A stretch of 64,000 bases of DNA from Phoronis australis. Lineage: Eukaryota; Animalia; Phoronida. Within the stretch, counting starts at the first letter, position 1; each line of letters begins with the position of its first letter. Shown one piece after another: positions 38,639 through 51,809 of the stretch. The translations under genes and the position numbers were made by a program. Location of the stretch: NCBI GenBank assembly GCA_002633005.1, contig NMRA01000348.1:37623-101622 (forward strand), given 5' to 3'. Below the pieces are notes generated by a model. The model did no database searches, was not told the origin of the DNA, and saw nothing but the letters and a program-made list of their open reading frames with translations.

Positions 38639-40210
38639 AACAAGAGCAACGCGGAGCATTGAGATGCGCCCACGAATGCATTGCAAATGTGTGCTTTTAG
38701 GGTTGTTTATTTGTGTCATAAAAATGGCCAGTAGATGACGCAAAAATCAATCCATCCGAAAACGGGAACATGTCATTGCTACGTTAATAGAAAGCTATAC
38801 ACCAAATTTCATAGAAATCCGTCATGGAACTTCAGAGAAACAAAGGAAACAGAATAAAATGAAATTGCCACTAGGGGGCACACTGTTCATTGGATCCGCC
38901 TGAAAGTCGTCACTGTCCGTTGTTAGCTTCATACAAGTACACTTACTAATTAATAAAGACACTGCAGTGGGTTTAGGAGATACAGCTATGGGCGCAAAAC
39001 AAAACAAAACTACCACTAGAAGGCACCACAGTAGTCAAAGTTGCAACGTCAACCATCCTCTTCACACTGAGAACATATACACCAATTTTTTTTTAGAATG
39101 ATTTGGTTGATAGAGGGTAGACGCCAAAAACAGACTCGAAAACAGCAAAAATGGCCACTAGGTGATGCAAAATACCTTGATTCCATTCAAAAACAGGAGA
39201 ATAGTGTCATATGACCAACAGATGCCCGTATTCAAAATTTTATGAAAATCCCTTGAGGAACTTTGAAGATACAGAGATAAACGTAAAACTAAAATTGCCA
39301 CCAGGCGGCACACCAGTAGTCAGATCCATCCGAAAATCGTCATCCGTTATCAACATCATATAAACACACTTATTAAATCTTATTAAAGATCCTGTAAACA
39401 GTTTAGGAGATACAGCCATGGGTGCAAAAAACGAAATTGCCACTAGGAGGCACCACAGTAGTCAAAGTCATCGGAAAATCATCAGCCGTCCACTTCACAG
39501 TGAAAAAATGCATGTCAATTTCACAATTATCCTGAAAGCGATTTGGTTGATAGAGGGGTGGACGCCAAAAACAGACACAAAAACAGTAAATATGGCCATT
39601 AGGTGGTGCAAAATAGGTCGAATCCATCTGAAAACGGAAATATGGCATCATCTCACTAACAGAAGCTTGTACGCCAAATTTTATGAAAATGCGCTGAGGA
39701 CCTTTGAAGATGCAGAGACAAATGTAAAAAAACAAAATTGCCACTAGGTGGTACACCAGAAGTCAGATCTGTCTGAAAGTCCCCGTTGTCTGTTGTCAAC
39801 ATCATATAAATACACTTACTAAATTCAGTAAAGATCCTGCAAACAGTTTAGGAGATATAGCCATAGGCGCTAAAAAACAGACTCGAAAACAGTAAAAATG
39901 GCCACTGGGTGGCGCAAACTACGACGAATCCATCCTTAAACTGGAGGATACCGTTGTCTCACTAATAGATGCCTATATACCAAATTTTGTGGAAATACGT
40001 TGAGGACATGAAGATACAGAGGTATACATAAAAATAAAATTGCCACTAGGGGGCACACTGGTAGTTGTATCGTCCGAAAGTTTGCTCATGCCGTCCCATC
40101 CATGAAAGGAACATGTGCAATATTTCATGAACATACGTCAATCGATTTTGGAGATAGAGCAGCGGACGCCGGACAGACGGACAGAGATGACGGCATAATG
40201 CCCTTTGTAG
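38639..40210 (+). mobile_element. Helentron/HINE ('pearl'-like) non-autonomous element with a central ~143-bp satellite array
   Basis: Starts aacaagagc; about 10 tandem units with ccaaatttcatgaaaatc blocks; ends with (ggac)n microsatellite cggacagacggacag. Confidence 0.75.
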
Positions 40211-41216
40211 TGGAACCGCTTTCTAACATATTTGCATGTTCTTCTGCATAACACATCTTGTTAATTATTATTCTTAATTAATCCCATCAGTGTAACAAGA
40301 CAGCTAGCACAAAGGGTAAGGAAATAACTAGTGTGTATCCATGGCAACGTTGGCAAATGTACAATAATAAAAGTATAAGAGCTAATAGCAACGAACATAA
40401 TGCCGTCTCATTTACAATGAACCAATGATTAGAAGAATCAGACTGTTCGAAATTAACCAGACAGATGACGTGAATTAGTTGATTACTGAGCACAATCAGC
40501 TTCTGGCTCTTGGTAAACAACCGGAAGCCTGCAGAGCTTGAAATAACCAACGACAAAGAATGGAAAAGTTCCCAGTTGACATATCATTTCACAAATAAAT
40601 ACTTAGCTTTTGTGATACAAATATTTTTTGTGTAAATTTAACTGTCAAAGAAATTTGCATGACTGAAGTCAAAATAACAATAAAGAGACGGAAAAAAAGG
40701 AAACTGGAAATCAAATAAGAGGAAATTGAAACCAAAGAGGAAATCCACTTAAAAGAGGAAAATTCCAAGACCTGATCTAGCGGCATATTGAAAGAAAACG
40801 CTGTAAATATTTGCCCTGTCCATTGTCACCCTCTACCACATATAGCACAAGACAAAAGTAATCGACATATAGCACAAGGCAAAAGTAATCGAGACAAAAG
40901 ATAACCGAGACTGTGAACAGCAAAACTGACAGGCAACGACTATTATCATGGCATACATTAACTACACAATGACACAGTTTCCTTTACACTTCCGTTAATT
41001 CTTTTCAATCTCGGTCATGAGGGAAAGTCACTCTGACAGTGAATTTGTCCTCTTCTCAGCTGTCACGACGGATTTAAAGCTCTCACTCAATTTGTCTGGA
41101 AATTTTTGGCGTATACTGTTGTATGAAATTTTGATTATCAAATCGAGCGCCACGTTTTTACAGTTTTCGGTAAATACGATGTGTCATATGTGTAAAAGTA
41201 CATGGCCTGACAATAC

Positions 41217-41372
41217 CTTGTCCATGGCTTCTTGCAACACCCCCTCGGCATCGTCGAACCTGCCTTGAGCCATGTAGCAGACAGCCTGTCCATTCAACAA
41301 CAGAGGGGTGGAAGCAAATTTATCTGACATTTCTTGGAATATGTAGTAAGCGTCTTGCAGCTTTTCACCACC
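41217..41372 (-). CDS. COPE: Coatomer subunit epsilon, exon 5
   Basis: ctag|[52 protein letters not shown]|gtattg; 156 nt. Confidence 0.97.
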
Positions 41373-44300
41373 CTAGAAATGTGAAAAATGGATTGATGTA
41401 AAACCATGTTTATGCTATTTCACAGCGTATATTTTGTTGAAGTGTAAAATAAAATTGTTACAACGGTTAAATTTCAAAGCAAACCTGACAGATTTCGACA
41501 CAAACAGGCCAACCTTGGACAAACTTCTTGCCAGAATTATTTTGCTGTTTAATCGACCTTTAGACAAATTTTGTTGAAACTGAGTCAGACTTTTACGTCA
41601 TGTTATTGTTCATAGCTGGCAAATGTTTACTTGATTATGAACTTGTGCAGTGAGGTATAGTGATTTCCACACTGGATTGAACAACACCAGTCGCGATTAT
41701 GTCGAGTTTCAATGAACTGCAATCGGTTCTAGTAGAAAGAAAGTGGGTAACTATTTAGTTGTAGTTTTGTGTGTTGAAACATTGCTGCATGTCGACATTG
41801 TCCAGTTTATTTTGAAAACTACTGTACCTAGACATACACTAAAAAGTAAAAATAAAAAACATTACACTCATGGAAATTTATAAATACATACGTAAATACA
41901 TATAGGTTGTATATTTCAGTACACAAGGCCACAGGCCCAAAGAACAAACTTAAAGTTAAACACAGTCAAGTTTTACACAGTATGACCCTTCTCTTAAATG
42001 TTAAATAGACAAATTTTAAAGTGTAAACATGTGGACTAAGCAAATTGATCAACCTATGCAGAGTGGGGAAATCCCAAGTATGATGACCAAAACACATATT
42101 TCTAAGGTCTGAGAAAGCCTCATACTCTACAAATAAAGAGAAATTTGTCTTCAACGACATTGGCACTGCATAGGTTATCGCACCAATGAAATATACAATG
42201 CTTAACAAGTCACTTATGGCACTGCATATAGTTATTGCACCTATGCAATATACAATGTTTAAAAAATCACCTAGTACATGTACGTTATTAATATTCTTCT
42301 TTCAACGCCTACGTGGTCATTCTCAATATACAATGCTTAACAAGTCGCAATTGGTGAGCTGAGTAAAATTTGAGTTGAGCAATTTAAAAGTAGAGGTTGC
42401 CAAAATTTTAGCTCAATCTGCAATAGTCCATTAGGTATCATTTCACGGCAGCGCATGATATTTAACTTTCAACAGACCATTGTGAGCGTAAATCAGTTTT
42501 GTACTTCTGTAAGAAAATTTGCCATTTTCAAGCATTGCTGTGAATTTGTTTTAATTTTACTTGAAAAATATGATCGTGTCAGAATAGCAGCCAATAAGTC
42601 TACTATTAAACTCTTCATGGTTTGCACTTTCAGAATAAGCACAATTCAATAGCTTCTTAGAAATTTGGCAATTTGCATATACTTGTAATTTAGATTAGTG
42701 AAGGACACCAAATTCTGTGTCTATTAGTGACATCTATTGCATGGAACGAAAAGCAACCAGTTTTAGCAATTGGCATACAACCAAAAAATTTTCACATTGA
42801 CGTTCATGATATGGAACTAGATTTTGAAAGAAATTCATTTGTTTAAAATGCCCACAATAACTCAACACTTCAGCCACTTCACAAAAACTTAGTTAAAACA
42901 AAAAACAACTTCGGATCTCAGAACTGGTTCCTGAATCAACATTTTTCAAAAAATATATGCAATTATTACATTCATTTTTAAAATATGGTGGTGAACCTCA
43001 AAATGGGTCACGGAGTTGAATGACAGCATTTCGTCATTTTATGACAAAAGATGAATTGTCCAAAAACAGAAGCCACCATACAGAGCTGTAACTGAAGGCT
43101 CCAACAGAAGGCGCTATCCTTGAACTGAGGAAACACGTTTGGCATTCTAAAATGTTTAAAGCAAAAGACAGTACGCACTTAATTGTGGTTTATTGCATAT
43201 GAACTATGCCAACAAGAACGAAGAATACTGTTAAAAGATTGTCCATGTGGGCGGTGGGGAGGAAGATTGTAAGAGGTGGTGGCACAATATACATTTTAAA
43301 GAAATGATTCAATCTGACCCTTTTAAGAAAGAATTCAATTTTTGGTTTGATTCTTGTTTTCTCAAATTAATTCTCACATATCAGATGTTAACTTAACGCT
43401 CATATTGTTTTTAGCAACTTTGGCAAGAAAAAATTCAATAGCGTAAAACTTTTATTTCTTTGAATTTTTTTCTCAGGAAAACAAGAGTGTCAACATTTTC
43501 TGGTTTTAGCTGTACTTATTGAGCACTCCTGGTGTTCACTGCTGAGGAAAACTGTTGAACATGACAAAATTACAACAAATGGACATCTTGACCTGTGTAA
43601 ATGTCCAGTGGCTCAATAATACTCTTCGAAAGATACATTGTCAAATCAATCGTAACTTTTCAAAACACTAAACGGCGAAAATTGGAACTCGGAATCGAAA
43701 TTGGCTTAACGATATCGATTGCTCCCGCGTCGCGATTAGACTACAACAACATTGAGAATGCCCTCCACGTGCATGCGAATATGTTTTGGTCTTTAGCAGA
43801 ACTTATCACGGGTGTTGTGCAAGAAATTCCAGGGGATATGCTACCTCTGTGGTAGTTAAAATCCCAGGGGGTGGTTAATCGAGGAATGGTGGCAATTATA
43901 CAAGAATTCTTCAAGAGATAGGCATGCCTCTGCTCTAGAAAATCCTGGAATAGTGCTCTGTTGTAGCAAGTGGAGGAGCGGCAGTTATGCAAGAATTTTC
44001 TAGGGGATAGTCAGTTAGCTCGTTATATTTAGCTCATTATAGGGAGATGTACATATATGTACATACAGAGTGGGTCCATCGCGTGATGTCCCTAAGATTA
44101 TCATTTAGGCATTGGCTCTTGAGACCAGAGCAGACCAGATCCAAAGAATCAAGAAGTACATAACTGAAGTATAGACACTTATCACAGGCGTTGGTCTCGG
44201 CCTGCTAGTCAATTTGAACCAGTCTAGCGATTGTTCTAGAGGGTTAGTTCTGTTGTGACTTGTTTTGTTAATGCCAGAGTGCGGTAGCTACGGGGAACAA

Positions 44301-44558
44301 GTGACACTGATGGTTAGTAGTTTCTCCAGTAGGGATATCGGGGCTCAATCACTTGGTCGTCAGTATCACAACTTATTGTAATCTATTGTTTGTAAATCAC
44401 AACACTGCAAATTAATAGACGTATTCTATTGTTAAAGTTTTCGTGTGTTGTTTTATTTATTACCACGTGCGCACCATCTATCGGCTGCAACACGCATTGA
44501 TATACCACACAATAACTGCCGCAGACTTGGAGATTGTCCAGCCCGAGCCACTACTCAC

Positions 44559-44694
44559 CACAGCCAAGTTGAACCAGGCCTGAGACAGCTGAGTCAGGGT
44601 GTTGTCATCATCCTTCTCTTGCATACGCTTGAGTTCCTTGCGAGCCAGATCAACACGGTCTATCTTCAGGTAGATCTGAACCATGAGCGCCAGG
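44559..44694 (-). CDS. COPE: Coatomer subunit epsilon, exon 4
   Basis: ttag|(C)[45 protein letters not shown]|gtgagt; 136 nt. Confidence 0.97.
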
Positions 44695-45833
44695 CTAAAA
44701 CAATCAACACACAATAGGTTACCTTCATCGAGGTGACTGACAACAAGAGACGGGGTAGTCACTAGAAACATGGAACTCTAGCCCTGGAATGCCAGCTTCC
44801 GCACATGACCTATGTATTCTATTATTAGATTTAGCCACCCCCAAGACAAGACCCCAGAGTTTGCACTAAGAATTTCTGGCTGCCTGCTTGACTTAATTTT
44901 GATCAAGAGTTGTAGTTATCGAATCGAGACTAATTATATAGTTTCATTTTCATTTTGTCATTATTGTTCATCAAGCGAGACTCTAGGTACACTGCTATAT
45001 AATCAGCAATTTCTTCACAAAATTAGTTTAGCAAACTGTTACGCTGGTCATTCTTTATAAGCACTGACCTTTGACCCTGGCTGGATGCTGAGAGTAGTTT
45101 GGACTCTAGATATCTTTTCAGCCCCAGTCGCAGAACAACTTTTGACAACATTACATGCCGGGAGTTTTTCAACAAGACATTTTTGAGCCATTCCGCCACA
45201 CCATCTAAATGTTCGCTTTTTGACACATGGCCGAATTGACATATTATCACATACTGAAATTTCTCATGCAACATAAGCCATTTTATTTTCCCGCTCACCT
45301 AAAAAGAAAAAAACCGGAGGTTTTTGCGGCACCCACAATTTTGCATTCAACAATAAAAAATGATGTTGGGCATTTTTGGGTGTTACATCTCCAGTTCGAC
45401 CAAAAATTCTGGTTTATGTCTGTTGCATTTCATCCTGAAGTCCTGCGTCTCAGACCAGTTGTTCCATTTTTTCATTCTTGAATGCTGACCGTGACAACTA
45501 TGCAACAGGTGTTTAAAATAATATTGTCTCTGTTTGTGGATTTTGTTATTTCTGGAGTCCACTTTTTTAGTAACATAGCAATCGAGAAATGTGTTCCAAC
45601 ACACACTACATGTAACAGGATCACTAACTTCTACTTTTTGAAGAAAAGAGTTTATTTCAAAACTTTTATAGGAAGTCCTACATTGCAACCAATGTGATGA
45701 GCTATCCGCAGTATATTTCAAAGCTACATGATAGATGTTTGCCCATTCTTATCTATCAGAAAACCTTTATCTGAAAATTTTGGATAGATACGTGGATTAA
45801 CTTACTGCATTTTTCATGTCACTGTATTCTGAA

Positions 45834-46349
45834 CAGGGCTTGGAATGACCGATGACAAAAAACGCGGAAACTTTGAAACTTTTACGGCCCAAACCATGCC
45901 CGATAAACAGTCTTGAAATGGTCAATGTGAACCTTTCCCCGACAAACATCGGGAGGAATAAAAAAACAAAAAAAAAAAACGTTACCACCACCAGTAGCAT
46001 GCGTCTGCGTTCTTTTATCTCGCCCGTCCACTCCCAACCCACACATTTTTGGCTGCAGAGCGGTAGTATTTGCCGCCGCGCTTAACAATAACATGAGACG
46101 CCATTGAAAATCCCACCACGCTGTCCCAGATGCCCCGGCAATGTTGACAATTTACGTTCCTCCGAAACATAAAGAGCAACTTCCGCTTTTCGAGGTGAAC
46201 GTCGTCTGCAACACCGTGGTAAGAAAGGAATTTGCCGCGGAAATTTTATATCAAATCCGATTTTTTTACACGGAAATATTATAAAAAAAGCGGAAAGCAC
46301 ATTTGAAAAAAGCGGAAATCCGCGTTTCCGCGGAAAATTCCAAGCCCTG
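45834..46349. mobile_element. hAT-like MITE with 6-bp TSD
   Basis: Perfect TIR cagggcttggaat / attccaagccctg; tctgaa on both flanks; subterminal gcggaaa repeats. Confidence 0.85.
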
Positions 46350-47160
46350 TCTGAACTTTTACTGAAGAATGTAATTGTATCCATCAGCATCAAAGGTCCA
46401 CTTAATGATAACATTAATTATAATATATAATAAAAATGATGAATGCCTGACTACATTTATACGGGTCCATATTCTAAAACCTTTGTCTTTATATGGTAAA
46501 AATCTTTTAAATCATTGAAATTATTTCCCTAATGGCGTAACTAGTCATTAATTAACCTTTCTGGTTAATTTCCTTAATTTTTTTAAGTTACTATTACAGG
46601 GTGCAATTTTTGCATTTTGGTGACGCTCTTGGTTTTTAGAATTAAGCAATATTTTTAAAGCAGTCAAGGATGTGAAATTAAATTACTTATGAATTGAATT
46701 AATATCTTTTGCTTCTGGCATACTAATCAGGATCTGACAGAGGGCTTTCCAACACTATGCTCTGATGCAATTTTGTTGATAAATGGTGGAGTTGCGAAAA
46801 AATTTTAATGACAGTAAATTTCATTGCAATTACACACACCAGAACAAACGAATAAGTTCGTTGAATGCAAACAACTCTCATACATCCACGGCGCAAACTC
46901 AGTGTTTGCGAGATCTGAATTGGCATCACTGAGCTAGAATTCCAAGCTGGGAGGTGCTACAGATGAATGGATTGTCTTTTCATTACGTGAATAGACCACG
47001 ACGAAAAGAGGAAAACATGGTTTCAACATGACTACTTGAACAGAGGTCTGTCATCTCATCAGCGTCACCTGGTGAATTTTGAGTTATGGATTATTGAGAT
47101 CTCTAAGTGTTAGCATAGGACAAGCAACAGTGAAATATCTAAAATATTCTTGATAAACAC

Positions 47161-47545
47161 ATACAGAGTTTGTTTAATGCACGACACTTTTCATTGTTCA
47201 CGGTCTTTATTCCGCTGCGTTCATACTTTCTGAACAAAACTCTACTCTCAACTGAACATAGATACAATAACTGACCTAGCGAGATAATTAAAACCTTCAC
47301 ACCCGCCGTGTCTCACTGTGTGTGTTGTCAGCTTATACTCTGTGGTGGCATTAGTGCGTCATTTTATCTTCACTTGAGAATGAAACAAGTATGTTTCGAA
47401 ATATCGTGTGTCTTTTAATTATGTCGCTAGGTCAGTTATTGTATCTATGTTCAGTTGAGAGTAGAGTTTTGTTCAGAAAGTATGAACGCAATGGAATAAA
47501 GACCGTGAACAATGAAAAGTGTCGTGCATTTAACAAATTCTATAT
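47161..47545. repeat. ~133-bp inverted repeat around a Penelope pseudo-LTR-like loop
   Basis: 47161-47293 is the near-perfect reverse complement of 47413-47545. Confidence 0.9.
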
Positions 47546-48260
47546 AACAGAAAACTTGCTCCCGAAGTACAGTCGATAGACACATACCATAAAACGATAC
47601 ATGTATGTGTGGCCAGCATATGAAGACTGAAATACTCTCGTAGATTTTGATTACAATTTTACTGCAAGTAACTGTCAACTTAATACGTATCCAGGCATAG
47701 GGATTTTAACAGTAACTATACAGTTGTCTGACTACCGGAGCCTGTTCACGTGACCATGCCAATCATACATACTTTGTTGAACACGAGAGGAGAAGGATAG
47801 TTAAATGTTTGCATCAGTTTTACTCTGACGCCTTCAATGTATTTTTGCCGAGATCAGTACATCAAGACGGTGGTTAACGAAGCAATGTTAGTTGCCCTGC
47901 AACAAGGGTCACCACACTCTGCTATGACCAATTCCCATCGCTCCTTTGTAAAGTAAACCACATTTAAAGTCATGTAATACCGTAGGCACAATGTGTAACA
48001 CCACCACGAACCTATTGCCAGAGTCCACTCGCCCTAACTCTCACTTCACTTAGATGAGTGGGTTGGTTAATAAAATCATTTGACAATTAGTTATTACAGC
48101 AAAGCATTCATTTTGTCATTTTTGATTGCAACATTTATGCCGCGTTTACAACTGCTTTTTGTCAGGTGTCAGATTCTAAATTTTTTGAGCTGCGTGCAAT
48201 TTTATGGTCATACACAAGAGAGGAACAACTCTTATCAAAGTGCCCTGCACCAGCACCCAC

Positions 48261-48413
48261 CATTCTATGTCATCTGATTGGTGCAGAGTTCTCAGCGCAG
48301 AATCAAAGTTCTGCTCATGATAATAGATGGAGCCAGCCATCAGTAAGAATGTGGTGTTGTCTACATCCATACTAGAGCTCATCTTGTTGTCCAATTCCTT
48401 GACCACAGCCGCT
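48261..48413 (-). CDS. COPE: Coatomer subunit epsilon, exon 3
   Basis: ttcag|AAVVKELDNKMSSSMDVDNTTFLLMAGSIYYHEQNFDSALRTLHQSDDIE(C)|gtgggt; 153 nt. Confidence 0.97.
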
Positions 48414-48845
48414 CTGAAGATGAATAGAAACATTGTGAGAAATCTCAATCAGAGTGAGAACGTTCAGTAAAATAAGGGACAATAAACCAGTGTTTGGTTA
48501 AAGAAGCTGAATTAAACTTTCATTTGGATCGCAAACCGCTATAACGCTGGCCTCAATTTGTTCCACACTCAAGATTATAAGAGATTTGTGGTCTTGCAAT
48601 CAACAAACAGTTCGGTACTCCTCCAGACTATGCTGCGTGTATAAAACGACATGCAGTGACAACCTTGGTCTTAAGCGATGATGAACTGCCACTTCTTTCC
48701 AAGCCGAGAAAACACAACCATTTTGGTCGAACAAAATTTGAGAGCAGTATCAGAAGGGCAAGTGGTCTAAATCAAAAATTGGCTTTCATGATGCGGCACA
48801 GCTTCATTGGACACTTCAAGAACTACAACAACTGTAAAAAGTCAT

Positions 48846-48955
48846 GGTAATGGTCGAATATAACCTGCCCGGATTTTGGAAACCAGTTTTCTCCACTAAA
48901 TAAAAGGCATCAAACTGGTTCTCAAAATACCGGCATGTTATATCCGACTATTGCC
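48846..48955. mobile_element. 110-bp hairpin MITE, Merlin-like
   Basis: ~44-bp TIRs starting GGTAA/GGCAA; perfect 8-bp TSD aaagtcat. Confidence 0.85.
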
Positions 48956-49401
48956 AAAGTCATGGCATATCAAAGCCAACTACCAAGCAATATGAAAACT
49001 AGAGTCATAGTACAAGTACTGAGTGATGTGTATAAATTTGATAAAGACCTCTAAATTTCACACTGTCTGGACAGTTGTTGAATAATAATTCTTACCATGA
49101 TAGGATTCTATTTGTTACCAAAAAGAGTAACGAAAAACTATCGACAACTCAAGAACATTAGAGTTAAATTGGGTTGGCCAACTCTGAAATAGGGAAAAAA
49201 ATAGAATCCCATAAGAGTGATGAACATCACAAGACCAATTTGATGAGAGAAAAAGCCACATTCGAATTTTTGTGTTAAGACAGGTGAACAGGGCAAAATT
49301 TCAACTTTAACTATTGAACACTAAATACCAGATGTGGTGATGATTGGATTACATGATGCACGCAGATTTTTGAGTTCTTTTTTACTAGATATAACTATTA
49401 C

Positions 49402-49565
49402 CTTCTGGCATCACTTGAAAGATAGTCGGCATACATGCGGACAGCTTGTAGTTCAGCAGGTGAAGATGAGCGAACTTCATCCAAACACACGCCATATTTC
49501 TTCTGTCCAACATAGGCGCGATACATTATGACATCTCGTTGTAATTTGGTGTCCGGATTGGTCAA
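49402..49565 (-). CDS. COPE: Coatomer subunit epsilon, exon 2
   Basis: tgtag|LTNPDTKLQRDVIMYRAYVGQKKYGVCLDEVRSSSPAELQAVRMYADYLSSDAR(R)|gtaata; 164 nt. Confidence 0.97.
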
Positions 49566-51220
49566 CTACAAATACAGCAATTTACTTGAACAGACACAGG
49601 TAACAATACATCAGTTTTGAATATCAACTGAACACACTTTGACAGCATTCTGTCAAATTTGAACAATTCCTAGGCTGTTAAGTCAAACTTATGTCACAGT
49701 AAACAGCATGTTTGTCGAAATTGTCAGGAGTTGCCACACCTACATTGCATTCCATAATTTTGCTATAATTAAACAAAGCTTTTAGCAAACGTATCGAAAA
49801 ACACGAGCCGCAATTCAGTATAAATGTGACCACGATCATTTCACGGTTAGTCAGTTTACCAGGTTGTGGCACTTCAGGCAACATGGTGTACCAGTTTTAA
49901 GTTATACGAGCTGGGAGTTTCTCAGTGGTTTTGCCGAGTTTTTGAAATGCCGTCCACATGACCGACTGCTGAATTAAATTCCGGTCCACGAATAAAATTG
50001 CACGTCATTCACTAAGTTGACTTTCTTGGATGAAAACTGAAGCAATGACATATGTCCTAAGTCAGATGGTACACATTAAAGTGTTGTTCTATTTTTTCAC
50101 TAGTTCATTTTTTCGATCGTTTCACTTGCAATTTTGAGTTCGCAGAAAGATCGTATTGTTTGCGTTTCTGCAGTGCATTAAAAATTGCCACGTAGCTGAA
50201 ATATACACTCACCAGGTCTAAAGTTCACGAACAACATCCCAATACTACGCAACAAATTTGTTCTTCAAAATAACCATTCTTTTCTCGCACTTTCAAGAGC
50301 TATATACCAAACAGGTTCACATCAGATCCCAAAGCTCTACATTAGATATATTTGCGGCTGACCTATTTTTTTCCATACATAGCATGTCATTCACTGTCAA
50401 GTAAGAAATGTCAGAATAAAGAGCTCGTGGCTGAACTATTTTTTCCATGTACCAAAGTGCCAAAGCAGCAAACTTGAATGACTCAATAACGGAATTCTGC
50501 AAAAACTCGAAGTATTTTGATACTACTTATTTCATACAAAAATAGTTATTGAATAGGTAACCAACATCAGAAACAAGATGCTTTCGTACGATATTTGCAC
50601 TGCATCATTCCAGTGCATCAATACGTCATTCGGCCGAGGCACACAATGTCTCGCGCAAGTTTTTTGACAGGAAGTTTTTCAATTGTTGCAGTTCAAAATT
50701 TTGAACAATACGAACAAATGGATCAAGTTTATGCTTAGATTTATCTAGAATACAGCTTTGATGACATTTGTACAGCAATTCAATCCTAGAAATTTGGCAC
50801 TTTTTCAATGCTTACTTTCTACTATTTCAAATTACGTAGAGTTTAGCTTCTCGAATACACATGTCGATTAAAGAGTGCCAATTTGCCGTGTTAGGGTAAC
50901 TCCGTTGATCTTCAGGACAGTGTTCTTCAATATCAAAGGTCATGGGTAACCAGGGCGACTCTTTGATTGAACAGCGGTTTATTGTTTTAGGGAAAGCAAA
51001 TGACCAAAATTTTCAATATTAAATTGACTTCTAAGTATATTAATTTTGTTTAAGCAAGTGTTCAAATATTTTGCCGTTCTGAAGGACCGGCGGAGATGAT
51101 TACGATCCAACATAAAAATTACCCGTAAAATACTGGCATTTACTGGTAAACATAAACACTGGGGTTTCATAGCTGTCTTCAATAATCATCTTTATGTATG
51201 CACGTGGCTTGTAGTGATAA

Positions 51221-51662
51221 TGTAGCCCAAACTCATGCCTGCGCCAAACTGAGTTGGCTCACTTCAATTTGGCACAGGTTGGTGAGCCAAGCTGATGCCT
51301 GCGCCAAACTGAGTTGGCTCACTTCAATTTGGCACAGGTTGGTGAGACAAGCTGACGCTTTGGTAAACTGAAGCTACCGTAACTTCCCAAATTTCTGCCA
51401 GTGCTTCATGTTTTTTTAATGCTTATCAGAACCAAAATTGGCGACAGTGAATGGGGAGGGGTGCGTAATAGTTTCTTAGGACATTTACCCAGTGTGATTA
51501 ATCCATATGACCTGCATAATTTAGAAGTTAAAGTCAATTTCAGTTCTGATAATCGTTAAAAACCACTGGCAATAATTTGGGTATTTTCAGTTTGGTTCAC
51601 CAACCTGCTCCAAACTAAAGTGAGCCACATCAAGTGTGGCATAGCAATCAGTTTGGGCTGCA
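51221..51662. mobile_element. MITE with a 60-bp tandem duplication in the left TIR
   Basis: tgtagcccaaact / agtttgggctgca termini; lines starting 51241 and 51301 are near-identical. Confidence 0.75.
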
Positions 51663-51809
51663 ACAACGGCAAGATTTAGTAATTAACCAGCAAATCTGTT
51701 ACGGCAAGTCCTTATTACAATAAGTAATTTACAACAACTTGTAATATTTTCACCAAAATATGATGTAAAATATCCCATAACATCAATATTCTGGTCGCTT
51801 TATGATACT

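Noticed and set aside
44021-44404. Solo LTR candidate
   Set aside because: It ends in CA but the 5' TG boundary and TSD could not be fixed.
44478-48448. ORF-track 97-aa and 90-aa products as standalone genes
   Set aside because: They are COPE exons 4 and 3 read through into intron sequence.
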